Source: Mobula hypostoma
Lineage: Eukaryota
Direction of reading: 5' to 3'
DNA length: 64,000 nucleotides
Assembly (NCBI RefSeq): GCF_963921235.1
Contig: NC_086097.1
Span: 231,572,001 to 231,636,000, forward strand
Shown here: positions 36,206-48,638 of the stretch, in pieces
Layout: each line of letters starts with the position of its first letter
How positions within the stretch are numbered: position 1 is the first letter of the stretch
Position numbers and translations under genes: made by a program
The notes under the pieces: model-generated
Told to the model about the DNA's origin: nothing
Databases searched by the model: none
The model's input: the letters and a program-made list of their open reading frames with translations, nothing else

Positions 36206-37139
36206 ACATAGGAACAGGTAATTAAAAGTAAAAATGCATGTGGCTAGTCCCAGGTTGCTTCTTTCATTTATCTGATTTATGTATATCTTTTGTTAAAGTT
36301 ACTCTTGTTAAAAGTCACTATCCTTTGAAGGTAGGAATAGGTGACTTCATTGGTGGTTGAGTTGACATTTTAAATTTAGGTGCTAAGTGTTCTAATCAAC
36401 TCATTGTCTCATTTTTTAATTATACATTAACATGATTTGATGGGCTTTTCTAAGCAGTAAAGGATTGCAGTTTTGCAGCTCCATTGTGTTTTGTGAAATG
36501 GTTCAATCCCAGAAATTCCTAGAGTGATGATTTAAGTGGAGACATCAAATATATGCAAGGACCATGTTAGTTCCAGGTCAGTTGACTGAGGTTATATCTA
36601 GATAAATATGTCCAATCATAATTGCTTTTCCTTTCATTTTCTCCAGAATGGTTTTGAAGATAAGTTGCTCTCCAACTTTTTAAAACCTGGTATACTTTCA
36701 AAAGTTTAGAAGAGGACACCTAGATGAAAGCTTGATGCTATCTGCAATAGAAGTTGTTAACTCAACTTACTGTTATCTAAGGAATTGACATTAGATGTAT
36801 GGTGGAATGAAAGTTATTTAATGTGAGATGACTTGTGAAATTATAGCAGGTGACTCTGACCTTCTGTTAGCTCCAGGAAAGCCTTGCGTAAAACCTGCTG
36901 ACACAGTGGCTGGACAGACAATGTATGCAGTGGACAGGTTCAGGACTCTGACTATACACTATGGCATTCAGTTTGCATTGAGGATGAACTGGTGTTGGAA
37001 CTCCTGAAGTTGGTTAACCCTTTGGCAGACTGCAGACAAATGCAGCAATGCAGGGACTAGTGAAATTTGGTTGATGTATAGGTTGTACGTAAGCCACTAT
37101 CAAATAGAACCATTTTCAGAATAAGAGCACAGGAAACAG

Positions 37140-37370
37140 TGGAAAGCCTCTCAAAGTCGAGTGTGGAGCGAGCTGCCATCTGACGTGGTAAATGCGGGCT
37201 CTCTCTGAAGTTTTAAGAATAAATTGGATAGGTACATGGATGGGAGAGGTCTGGAGGGTTATGGATTGGATGCAGGTCAATGGGACTAGCGGAATAATGT
37301 TTCGGCACAGACTAGAGGGGCCGAATGGCCTGTTTTCGGTGCTGTAGTGTTCTATGGTTCTATGGTTCTA
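37140..37370 (+). mobile_element. CR1 3'-end fragment
   Basis: 'ggccgaatggcctgtttt...(gttctatg)n' tail. Confidence 0.8.
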
Positions 37371-37654
37371 AGTCCAACCCCACATCCCCATCATGAGAGA
37401 TGGAAATGTGTAAGTCCAGCCAGCAGGGTTCTGGTAAAGCGTTGGGGCCCATCCCTAGTACAGTAGACGCAATGGATTACAGAAACATTGAACTCCAACC
37501 ATGCCATTGACTTTGGACAATGGAGACCAGAGGTCATCAATGGTCAGTGCTCCACTGAGAGCTAAGGGCCTAAGAAGAAGAAATAATAGAATGGTAGTTT
37601 CCTCCCCATCTGTTGACAGAGGGGAAGAAGTTGTTCCTGAATTGTTGAGGAGGC

Positions 37655-40600
37655 CGGAGCCTGGGGAGACAGATAAGTGGGTAACAGTTAGGAGAGGGAA
37701 GGGCAGGAGTCAGATCCTAGAGAGTATCCCTGTGGCTGTACCCCTTGACAATAAAAGTTCCTGCTTTGGTACTGTTAGGGGAGACGGCCTACCTGGGAGA
37801 AGCAACAATGTTCGTTCCTCTGGCACAGAGTCTGGCCCTGTGGCTCAGAAGGGTAGGGAAAGGGAAGAGGATGGCAGCAAGTGATAGGGGACTCTATAGT
37901 TTGGGGGTCAGACAGGCGATTCTGTGCAAGCAGGAAAGAAATGCGAATGGTAGTTTGCCTCCCAGGTGCCAGGGTCCGGGATGTTTCTGATCACGTCCAC
38001 GATTTCCTGCAGTGAGAGGGAGAACAGCCAGAGGTCATGGTACATATTGGTACCAACAACATAGGCAGGAAAAGGGAGCAGGTCCTGAAAACAGACTACA
38101 GTGAGTTAGGAAGGAAGTTGAGAAGCAGGACCACAAAGGTAGTAATCTCAGGATTAATGCCTGTGCCATGTGACAGTGAGTATAGGAATAGAATGAGGTG
38201 GAGGATAAATGCGTGGCTGAAGGATTGGAGCAGGGGGCAGGGACTCAGATTTCTGAATCACTGGGGCCTCTTTTGGGGTAGGTGTGACCTGTACAAAAAG
38301 GACAGGTTGCACTTGAATCCCAGGGGGACCAATATCATGGTGGGGAGGTTTGCTAAGGCTATTGGGGAAAAAGAATTGCTGGGAGTGGGAACCAAACTCA
38401 ATAGACGGAGGAAGGGGCAGTTGGCTCACAAGTAGAGAAAGCTTGGAGACAGTGTGAGGGGGAGGATAGGCAGGTGATAGAGAAGGGATGCGCTCAGACT
38501 GATAGTTTGAGATGTGTCTATTTTAATGCAAGGAGTATTATGAACAAAGCGGATGAGCTTAGAGCGTGGATCAGTACTTGGAGCTATGATGTTGTGGCCA
38601 TTACAGAGACTTGAATGGCTCAGGGGCAGGAATGATTACTTCGAGTGCCAGGCTTTAGATGTTTCAGAAAGGACAGGGAGTGAGACAAAAGAGGTGGGGG
38701 CGTGGCACTGTTGATCTGAGATAGTATCACGGCTGCAGAAAAGGAGGAAGACATGGAGGGATTTTCTACAGAGTCTCTGTGGGTGGAAGTTAGGAACAGG
38801 AAGGGGTCAATAACTCTACTGGGTGTTTCTTATAGACCACCCAATAGTAACAGGGACATCGAGGAGCAGATTGGGAGACAGATTCTGGAAAGAAGTGATA
38901 ATAACAGGGTTGTTGTGGTAGGAGATTTTAATTTCCCAAATATCGATTGGCATGTCCCTAGAATGGGGGTTTTAGATGGGGTGGAGTTTGTTAGGTGTGT
39001 TCAAGAAGGTTTCTTGACACAATATGTAGATAACCCTACAAGAGGAGAGGCTATACTTGATCTGTATTGGGAAATGAACCTGGTCAGGTGTCAGATCTCT
39101 CAGCGGGAGAGCATTTTGGAGACAGTGATCACAATTCTATCTCCTTTACCATAGCATTGGAGAGGGATAGGAACAGATAAGTTAAGAAAGCATTTAATTG
39201 GAGTAAGGGGAAATATCAGGCTATCAGGAACTTGGAAGCATAAATTGGGAACAGATGTTCTCAGGGAAATGTACGGAAGAAATGTGGTAAATGTTCAGGG
39301 AACACACATAAAAGTTGCTGGTGAACGCAGCAGGCCAGGCAGCATCTATAGGATGAGGTGCAGTCGACGTTTCAGGCCGAGACCCTTTGTCAGGACTAAC
39401 TGAAGGAAATGTTCAGGGGATGTTTGCATTGAGTTCTGCATAGATATGTTCCAATGAGACAGGGAAAGGATGGTAGGGTACAGGAACTGTGGTGCACAAA
39501 GGCTGTTGTAAATCTAGTCAAGCAGAAAAGAAAAGCTAATGAAAGGTTCAAAAAACTAGGTAGGAAGCTGCTTAAGAAAGAAATTAGGAGAGCCAGAAGG
39601 GGCCATGAGAAGGCCTTGGTGGACAGGATTAAGGAAAACCCCAAGGCATTCAGCAAGTGTGAAGAGCAAGAGGATAAGACGTGAGAGAATTGGACCATGG
39701 AAAAGTGTGTGTGGCACCAGAGGAGATAGCAGAGGTACTTAATGAGTACTTTGCTTCAGTATTCACTACGGAAAAGGATCTTGGCAATTGTAGGGATAAC
39801 TTAAAGTGGACTGAAAAGCTTGAGCATGTAGATATTAAGAAAGGGGATGTACTGGAGTTTTTGGAAAGCATCAAGTTGGATAAGTCATCGGCACAGGATG
39901 AGATGTACCCCAGGCTACTGTGCGAAGTGAGGGTGGAGATTGCTGAGCCTCTGGCAGTGATCTTTGCTTCATCAGTGGGGACGGGAGAGGTTCCGGAGGA
40001 CTGGAGGGTTGAGGATGTTGTTCCATTATTAAGGAAAGGGTCTAGAGATAGCCCAGGAAATTATAGACCAGTGAGTCTTACTTCAGTAGTTGGTAAGTTG
40101 ATGGAGAAGATCATGAGAGGCAGGATTTATGAGCATCTGGAGAGGCATAATATGATTAGGAATAGTCAGCACAGCTTTGTCAAAGGCAGGTCATGCCTTA
40201 CGAGCCTGATTGAATTTTTTGAGGATGTGACTAAACACATTGATGAAGGTAGATCAGTAGATGTAGTGTATATGGATTTCAGCAAGGCATTTGATAAGGT
40301 ACCCCATGCAAGGCTTGTTGAGAAAGTAAGGAGGCATAGGATCCAAGGGGACATTTCTTTGTGGATCCAGGACTGGCTTGCCCACAGAAGGCAAAGAGTG
40401 GTTGTAGACAGATCATATTCTGCATAGAGGTCAATGACCAGTGGTGTGCCTCAGGGATCTGTTCTGGGACCCCTACTCTTCGTGATTTTTATAAATGACC
40501 TGGATGAGGAAGGTGGAGGGATGGGTTAGCAAATTTGCTGCTGACACAAAGGTTGGAGATGTTGTGGATAGTGTGGAGGGCTATCAGCGGTTACAGCAGG

Positions 40601-41443
40601 ACATTGATAGGATGCAAAACTGGGCTGAGAAGTGGCAGATGGATTTCAACCCAGATAAGTATGAGGTGGCTCATTTTGGTAGGTCAAATATGATGGTATA
40701 AAGTAGTATTAATGATAAGACTCTTGGCAGTGCAGAAGATCAGAAGGATCTTCGGGTCCAAGTCCATGTGTCACTCAAGGCTGCTGTGCAGGTTGACTCT
40801 GTGGTTAAGAAAGCATACGGTGCATTGGCCTTCATCAATCGTGGGATTGAGTTTTGGAGCAGAGAGGTAATGTTGCAGCTATATAGTACCTTGGTCAGAC
40901 CCCACTTGGAGTACTGTGCTCAGTTCTGGTCGCCTCACTACTGGAAGGATGAGGAAACCATAGAAAGGGTGCAGAGGAGATTTACAAGGATATTGCCTGG
41001 ATTGGGGAGCATGCCTTATGAGAATAGGGTGAGTGAACTCAGCCTTTTCTCCTTGGAGCAACGGAGGATGAGAGGTGACCAGGTAAATGTGTATAAGAAG
41101 ATAAGACGCATTAATCAAGTGGATAGTCAGAGGCTTTTTTCCACGTCTGAAATGTCTAGCAAGAGAGGGCACAGCTTTAAGGTGCTTGGAAGTAGGTACA
41201 GAGCAGATGTCAGGGGTAAGTTTTTTACACAGAGAGTGGTGAGTGCATGGAATGGGCTGCCGGCGACAGTGGTGGAGTCGGATTCGATAGGATCTTTTAA
41301 GAGACTCCTGGACCGTTGCATGGAGCTCAGAAGATTAGAGGGCTATGGGTAACCCTCGGTAATTTCTAAGGTAAGGACATGTTTGGCACAGCTTTGTGAG
41401 CTGAAGGGCCTGTATTGCGCTGTAGGTTTTCTATGTTTCTATG
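37655..41443 (+). mobile_element. Long CR1 LINE: ORF1 esterase plus ORF2 APE-RT, degraded
   Basis: HIGTNN, DRLHLN; YRPP, GDFN; NYRPVSLTS, DFSKAFDKV; RPHLEYCAQFWSP; (TTTCTATG)n tail. Confidence 0.95.
39301..39406 (-). mobile_element. 106-bp Penelope terminal insertion carrying a mutated hammerhead motif
   Basis: 12-bp TSD AAATGTTCAGGG (39289-39300, 39407-39418); minus strand AGTC-CTGACAA-AGGGTCTCGGCCT-GAAAC-GTC-GACT at 39362-39397. Confidence 0.85.
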
Positions 41444-41804
41444 TCCAGGATGCTGTGGAGGCTGGTGCCCATGATGGAGCTGACTGAATTCATAACTTTC
41501 TGCAGCTTATTTCGACATTGCTGTCCAAGGTCATCAATGCAATTATATTGGTAACTCTTTGGAATAAGGCAAACTAACTTAGTCCGTAATATTTACAGTT
41601 ACTCAAAGATCTTTTGTCAGATTTGGTGATCAATTTGTCTGGTTGATGTTGCTGACATCAATTGTGTCCACTGTAATTGGCTGCTGTCCAGTAAGTGCAC
41701 CAGAATTCTATTTAAAATACTGTTGCACATTTTAATGTCAGGTTGAGTTGGTGGCAAGGAAGGCAAATACTATGATAACATTCATTTTGAGAGAACTAGA
41801 GTAT

Positions 41805-42395
41805 AGACCATATGGCCATAAGATATAGGAACAGAATTAGGCCATTTGGTCCATCGAGTCTGTTCCGCCATTTCATCATCGCTGATCCATTTTCTCTCTC
41901 TGCTCCAGTCTCCTGTCTTCTCTCCACATCTCTTCACGTCCTGACAAATGAAGAATCTATCAACCTGTGCCTTAAATATATGTAAAGACTTGGCCTGCAC
42001 AACCGCCTTTGGCAACAAATTCCACAGATTCACCACTAAAGAAATTCCTCCTCATCTCCAGTGTGATAGGTCGCTGCTCTATTCTGAGGCTGTGTCTTCT
42101 GGTCCCAGATTCTCCCACCACAGGAAACATCTCTCCATATCCACTCTATCAAGGCCTTTCAACATTTGATAGGTTTCAATTAGGTCATCCCTCATTCTTC
42201 TGAATTCTAGTGAATACAGCCCCAGGGCCATCAAACACTCTTCATATGAAAAGCTGTTCAATCCTTGAATCATCTTTGTAAACCTCCTTTGAACCTTCTC
42301 CAGTGTCAACACATCCTTTCTAAGATAAAAGACCCAAAACTGCTCACAATACTCCAACTGAGGCCTCACCGGTGCTTTATAAAGTCTCAACATTC
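41805..42395 (-). mobile_element. CR1 3' fragment
   Basis: ORF 42079-42393 RPQLEYCEQFW; (GACCATA)-type tail. Confidence 0.88.
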
Positions 42396-43770
42396 CTCTA
42401 CCAGATTAACTCAACGCCTTCTATGCCCACTTTGAAAGGGAAAATATAACTACAGCTGTGAAGATCCCTGCTGCACCTGATGACCCTGTGATCTCTGTCT
42501 CAGAGGCCGATGTCAGGCTGTCTTTAAAGAGAGTGAACACTCGCAAGGCAGAAGGTCCCGATGAAGTACCTGGTAAGGCTCTGAAAACCTGTGCCAACCA
42601 ACTGGCGGGAGTATTCAAGGACATTTTCAACCTCTCACTGCTATGGGTGGAAGTTCCCACTTGCTTCAAAAAGGCAACAATTATACCAGTGCCTAAGAAG
42701 AATAATGTGAGCTGCCTTAATGACTATCGCCCGGTAGCACTCACATTGACAGTGATGAAATACTTTGAGCGGTTGGGCCATGACTAGACTGAACTCTTGC
42801 CTCAGCTAAGACCTGGACCCATTGCAATTTGCCTATCGCCACAATAGGTCAACGGCAGATGCAATCTCAATGGCTCTTCACATGGCTTTAGACCACCTGG
42901 ACAACACAATCTCCTATGTCAGGATGCTGTTCATCGACTATAGCTCAGCATTTAAGACCATCATTCCCACAATCCTGACTGAGAAGTTGCAGAACCTGGG
43001 CCTCTCTATCTTCCTCTGCAATTGGATCCCTGACTTCCTAACCAGAAGACCACAATCTGTGCGGATTGGTGATAACATCTCCTCCTTGTTGACGATCAAC
43101 ACTGGTGCACCTCAGGGGTGTGTGCTTAGCTCACTGCTCTACTCTCTAAATACCCATGACTATGTGGCTAGGCGTAGCTCAAATACCATCTGTAAATTTG
43201 CTGATGATAGAAACAATTATTGGTAGAATCTCAGCTGGTGACAAGAGGGCATACAGGAGCGAGATATGCCAACTTGTGGAGTGGTGTCACAGCAACAACC
43301 TGGCACTCAACGGCAGTAAGATGAAAGAGCTGATTCTGGACTTCAGGAAGGGTAAGACGAAGGAACACATACCAATCCTCACAAAGGGATCAGAAGTTGA
43401 GAGAGTGAGCAGTTTCAAGTTCCTGGGTGTCAAGATCTCTGAGGAACTAACCTGATCCGAACATATTGATTCAGTTATAAAGAAGGCAAGACAGCGACTA
43501 TACTTCATTAGGAGTTTGAAGAGATTTGGTATATCAACAAATACACTCAAAAACTTCTATAGATATTCCGTGGAGAGCATTCTGTCAGGCTGCATCTCTG
43601 TCTGGTATGGGGGCGGGGGGCTACTGCACAGGACCGAAAGAAGCTGCAGAAGGTTGTAAATCTAGTCAGCTCCATCTTGGGCACTAGCCTACAAAGTACC
43701 CAGAACATCTTCAAGGATGGTTTCTCAGAAGGGCAGCAGCCATTATTAAGGACCTCGAGCACCCAGGGGA
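42396..43770 (+). mobile_element. Rex1/Babar-type LINE RT region
   Basis: [44 protein letters not shown]. Confidence 0.92.
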
Positions 43771-44830
43771 ACATTATCGAGGGGAACGGCCGCAGGTATA
43801 CTCTGCACTGGCTGTGCATTTCCCCTCCTTCTCATGACAGTCACCCAGTTAGTTACCTGCCTCCAGCAATCTCGGGGTGACTACCTCCCTGTAGCTCCCG
43901 TCTGTCACCTGCTCATTCTCCCGTATGAGTCAAAGGTCATCGCGCTGCTGCTCCAGTTCCTTAACACATTCTCTCAGGAGATTGCCCTTGGCGTACTTGA
44001 TGCAGATGTGTTTATCCAGGGGTCTGGAGGTCTCCCAGACTTCCCTCATCTCACACACTAAACAGAACACTGCCCCTGGAGCCACTCTCACTAACCTACT
44101 ATGCCCTAACAGAAGAAGAATGAACAAGTAAGAACAAAAAGAGAGAAACTTACCAGATACTTTACCTCGCTCAAGCCTGATCAAGCTGAAATTGAAGGCA
44201 TGTCTTCAGGGAGCGGTGTCTCAGAAAGGCAGCATCCATTATTAGGACCTCCAGCACCCAGGGCATGGGACACGCCCTTTTCTCACTGTTACCATCAGGT
44301 AGGAGGTACAGAAGCCTGAAGGCACACACTCAGCAATTCAGAAACAGCTTCTTCCCCTCTGCCATCTGATTCCTAAATGGACATTGAACCCTTGAACACT
44401 ACCTCACTTTTTAAATATACAGTATTTCTGTTTTTTGCACAAGTTTTAACCTATTCAATATATGTATACTGTATAGTGAATAAGATTTACTTATTTATTA
44501 TTATTATTATTTTCTTCTAGATTATGTATTGCATTGAACTGCTGCTACTAAGTTAACAAATTTCACGTCACATGCCGGTGATAATAAACCTGATTTTGAT
44601 TCTGATCCTGATCTCACCCAAGCCTGATGAGCCAAAGCCACTCTAAACACTGGCACACTCAAAGAATGGCCGCCCCGCTTGCACCTCACCCTTTCTAATG
44701 AATCCATCTCGTTGATTGGTCAGTCTAGCTCGGAGAAACTGCCCCGAAGCACTGCCTTCTAAATCTTGATTGCAGACCTGACGGAAAAGGTAGCTGTGTT
44801 TATGCACTCCATCTCACTGATTGGCCTCAG
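43771..44830 (-). mobile_element. CR1 5' region (UTR plus ORF1 zinc-finger/coiled-coil start), containing a Rex1 3' insertion
   Basis: ORF 43930-44184 CLVCEMREV...HICIK...VKELEQQRDDL resembles the CR1 ORF1 N-terminus. Confidence 0.65.
44182..44618 (+). mobile_element. Rex1/Babar-type 3' fragment with TSD
   Basis: TSD CAAGCCTGAT at 44172-44181 and 44619-44628; tail matches 53250-53660. Confidence 0.8.
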
Positions 44831-44834
44831 CCAA

Positions 44835-45170
44835 ATATAAGAGCAAGGATGTAATGCTGAGTCTTTATAAGGTGTCAGACCGCACTTGGAGTATTGTGAA
44901 CAGTTGTGGACACCGTATCTCTGAAAGGTTGTGTTGGCATTGCAGAGACATCAGAGGAAATTCATGAGGACGATTCTGGGAATTAAAGGATTAACATAGG
45001 AGGAGTATTTTATGTCTCTGGGCCTGTACTTGCTGGAGTTTAGAAGAATGGGGGGGGGGTGGGGGAACGATCACATTGAAACCTATCAAATTGAAGGGCC
45101 ATGATGAATTGAGGGGGCAGGCTTGATTGGCTGTGTGGCTTAATTCTGGTCCTTTGTCTCATGGTCTTAT
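44835..45170 (+). mobile_element. CR1 3' fragment, continuing from 41730-41803
   Basis: 'gagaactagagtata' (to 41803) joins 'agagcaaggatgtaatgctg' (44840) in CR1 order. Confidence 0.7.
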
Positions 45171-45910
45171 ATGAGTGAGCACTGAATTCACAAGGGAATC
45201 CTCAAGTGCAAGTAGCCTGTCTTTGCCTGAATGGAGGAGGTAGAAGACTTGGATGGAAGCATGACCTTTGTATGAAAGTTGTTAAGACTCTAATGTCAAA
45301 GTCATTGGTGGCGTGTTAATGATGCTATCATTATTGGTACCTGAGTAGTAGCGTAATGAAAGATCAGCATTTCCTTTGGTTTGAAGCTCACCTACCTTCT
45401 TGTGAGATCATGAAATTGCTTCTCAACTTGCTCTTCTGTAGAGGGATCTCACTCGTTGAGGTAGTTATTCTGGCCAGCTCCTGCCATGCTCTTCATATGC
45501 TACTCCTGGCCTCTATCTCTGCCAGCAGGATTTTGATCGCCATCTTTCCTCTTTTCCCCTCTCTCCACCCCCCTACTCCTCTCTCTCCTCCTTCTCTCTC
45601 TCCATTGCAGCTTTAATATACTGCATGTCCCTGCTATTTGCCTGTCAGGCAAGTGTGCCTTTAAGTATTTCCTTATGTACTTAATTGTATGAGGAGCCAT
45701 CCCCAGCCCTTATTAATGCATGTTTCTGGATGTAAATAGCCATGGCACTGTTACCAACACAGATTTGGTCAATGTCACGAAGTTTCGTGGGCAATCAGAA
45801 TGAAAATGAGAATTAGGTTTATTATCACTGGCCGTGATGTTTGTTGTTGATAATAAACCTGATTCTGATTCTAAAATGCTACATGCTGCACAGATACGGC
45901 ACAAGAAAAA

Positions 45911-46034
45911 TGATGAAGGGTCTCAGCCTGAAACAGTTTACTCTTTTCCATAGCGCTGCCTGACCTGCTGAGCTCCTCCAGCAGTTTGTGTGTGTTGATT
46001 TGGATTTCCAGCATCGGCAGATTTTCTCATGTTT
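45911..46034 (+). mobile_element. Penelope terminal insertion starting at the hammerhead core
   Basis: TSD ACAAGAAAAA (45901-45910, 46035-46044); starts TGATGAAGGGTCTCAGCCTGAAAC. Confidence 0.75.
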
Positions 46035-46799
46035 ACAAGAAAAAAAAGGGTGATATTCTGATTTCAAGATCACCAAGTGATGTGGGGACTGAACTTTGAC
46101 AGAAAAGACATTTAAAGAATAAACTAATTATGCATAAGTCATTAGCTTAACTATTATAAATGTGAACTTTTCGGCATTAATGCTACATAGTGAATTTATT
46201 AAATATGCAGCACTGCATCTGAGCTTGGAGGTTACATAAAGCCTAGAACTGTTCCAACCACTGACTAACTCTGATAGCTTTCAAAATATTCTCTGTGCAT
46301 ACACAGAAGTGGTGCAGATTACAATGCCTATCGTCTTGACAAAGCAAGAACTAATCACCTGTAGTGTTCAGCATATTGATTGATCAATAAATGCTATGCA
46401 ACAAGGGAGAGGTTATAACCATCAGGAAAGTTTGAACAGGTTTGGAAGATTATAAATAGGAAGAATGGAGGATGACTTCACATTGATAACATTATAAAAG
46501 TGAAGAATTGAAATGTTGCAACGTATGAGAATTCAGAATAAAGACCTATAAATATGTGTAGTGACACACTATAATGCAAACAGGACAAATTTCTTTATCA
46601 AACAGGGATTAGGCTGGGATGGATGAGGAAGCCCCTGAATTATTGTAGCCGTGTACCAGCCCAGGGAGACACACGAGAGGCTAAAGTGCTAGTGTTGCGA
46701 AATGTAACAGGGTGCTACTTAACGTGTTGTCCTTGAATGTAAGAATGAAAAGGCATCGCACAGTTTATTCCTGTAGATCATTTTTATTATGAAAATTGT

Positions 46800-47250
46800 T
46801 TATTTTGATTAAGAATGGAATTCACTGGATATGGAGTTGTTGCAGTTGAAGTGAGGCGGGAAGTAAGTAAGGCAGAACGGGGCCGCAGGACATCCTGATG
46901 GTAGGGGATGAGGAAGTGCAGAACAAGCCTGACAAATGGCAGCCTAGATCTTCCAGGATGCTGCATCGGCAAGTTGGGCGGCCCTGGAGGTTTACCGTCT
47001 GCGTGAGATGATGGGACTTTCGAGAGACTCTGAGACTTTTACCGTGCTCATGGTCCGTTCTTATCAAATTACGGTATTGTTTTGCACTGTTGTAACTATA
47101 TGTTATAATTATGTGGTTTTTGTCAGTTTTTAAGTCGGTTTGTCATGTGTTTCTGTGATAACATTCTGGAAAAACATTGTATCATTTCTTAATGCATGCA
47201 TTACTAAATGACAATAAAAGAGGACTGCGTGTCCTCGTAATCTAATCTAA
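46800..47250 (+). mobile_element. LINE 3' UTR remnant with (AATCT)n tail
   Basis: AATAAA at ~47213 followed by tandem AATCT; Rex1-like UTR composition. Confidence 0.55.
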
Positions 47251-47256
47251 TCTAGA

Positions 47257-47437
47257 CACGAGGAAATCTGAAGATGCTGGAAATTCAAGCAACACACATC
47301 AGAGTTGCTGGTGAACGCAGCAGGCCAGGCAGCACGTCTAGGAAGACGTACAGTCGACGTTTTGGGCCGAGACCTGACGAAGGGTCTCGGCCCGAAACAT
47401 CGACTGTACCTCTTCCTAGAGATGCTGCCTGGCCTAT
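47257..47437. mobile_element. Fold-back Penelope terminal insertion centred on a hammerhead core
   Basis: TSD TCTAATCTAGA (47246-47256, 47438-47448); inverted arms meeting at CTGACGA-AGGGTCTCGGCCC-GAAAC-ATC-GACT (47374-47405). Confidence 0.85.
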
Positions 47438-47480
47438 TCTAATCTAGATCTGGTGGTGCCATTCGACCTTTCAGCCACTC

Positions 47481-48638
47481 CTATAGCAGGAGTGCCTAAG
47501 ACTTTTTTGTATTTTGACCATAGACCATAACACATAGGAGCAGAATTAGGCCATTTGGCCCACTGAGTCTGCTCTGCCACTCAATCATGGCTGATCCTTT
47601 CTCTTCTCTCCTCAGCCCCACTCCCCGGCCCTCTCTCTGTAACATTTGATACCATGTCTAATCAAGAACCTATCAAGCTCTGCCATAAGTACACCCCAAT
47701 GACCTGGCCTCCACAGCTGCCTGTGGTAATAAATTCCACAAATTCACCACCACTGGCTAAAGAAATTTCTCCGCATCTCTGTTTTAAATGTACGCCCTCG
47801 ATCCCTCTCGTCCTGGACTCCCCAACCATGGGAAACATCCTTTCCACATCTACTCTGTCTTGGCCTTTAACATTCGAAAGGTTTCATTGAAATCCACCCC
47901 CACCCCTCATCCTTCTAAATTCCAGCAAGTACAGACCCAGAACTATCGAACGTTCCTCATATGATAGCCCTTCCGTTCCTGGAATCATCCATGTCAACCT
48001 CTTCTGAACTCTCTCCATTGCCAGCACATCTTTTCTTCCATGAGAACCCCAAAACTGTTCACAAAACTGAAGAGGATGGCTCGCCAGTGCCTTATAAAGC
48101 CACGACATCATCCCTGCTCTTGTATTCTCGACCTCTTGACCTATTTGCTGTATCTGTCAACAGGGAGCGGAGAGGGTGTTTGTAAATCTGATGGAAACAA
48201 AGGATGTTGGGAGTGGTGAGGTTGGAGCATCGTAGGAGGGTTGTGGGACAGGTAGCAGTGAAAGTGTGCCAGGGATGAGGGAGGGGTGGTGTGGGTGCAA
48301 GCACACCCAGCCCTGAGATCCCAGGCAAGTTCATTTCATTCCAAACCATTGGTTTATTGATCATTACAGGATGGCTCGCTGGTGCTTCCTGCTCCCAGCC
48401 CTCCTGCTTTTCCTTTTCCCAACCATGATTTCCCCTCTCCCTATCCCCTTTCCACTCTCAGTCCACATCTGAGACCCATATCAGAATCGGGTTTATCATC
48501 ATTCAAATATGTCATGAAATTTGTTTTTTTTTGCAGCAACAGTACAGTGCAGTATATAAAATTACTACAGTATTGTGCAAAAGTCTTGGACACCCTAGCT
48601 ATATATATATATATGCCTAAGAATTTTGCACAGTACTG
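47481..48638. mobile_element. Compound TIR element with palindromic ends, copy 2 (CR1 inserted at 47517-48140)
   Basis: Left remnant 'tagcaggagtgcctaagactttt' 47484-47506; spacer 48148-48567 matches 18499-18880; complete right hairpin 48568-48638 flanked by TA. Confidence 0.65.
47517..48140 (-). mobile_element. CR1 3' fragment
   Basis: ORFs 47662-48111 resemble the CR1 ORF2 C-terminus; GACCATA tail. Confidence 0.85.
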
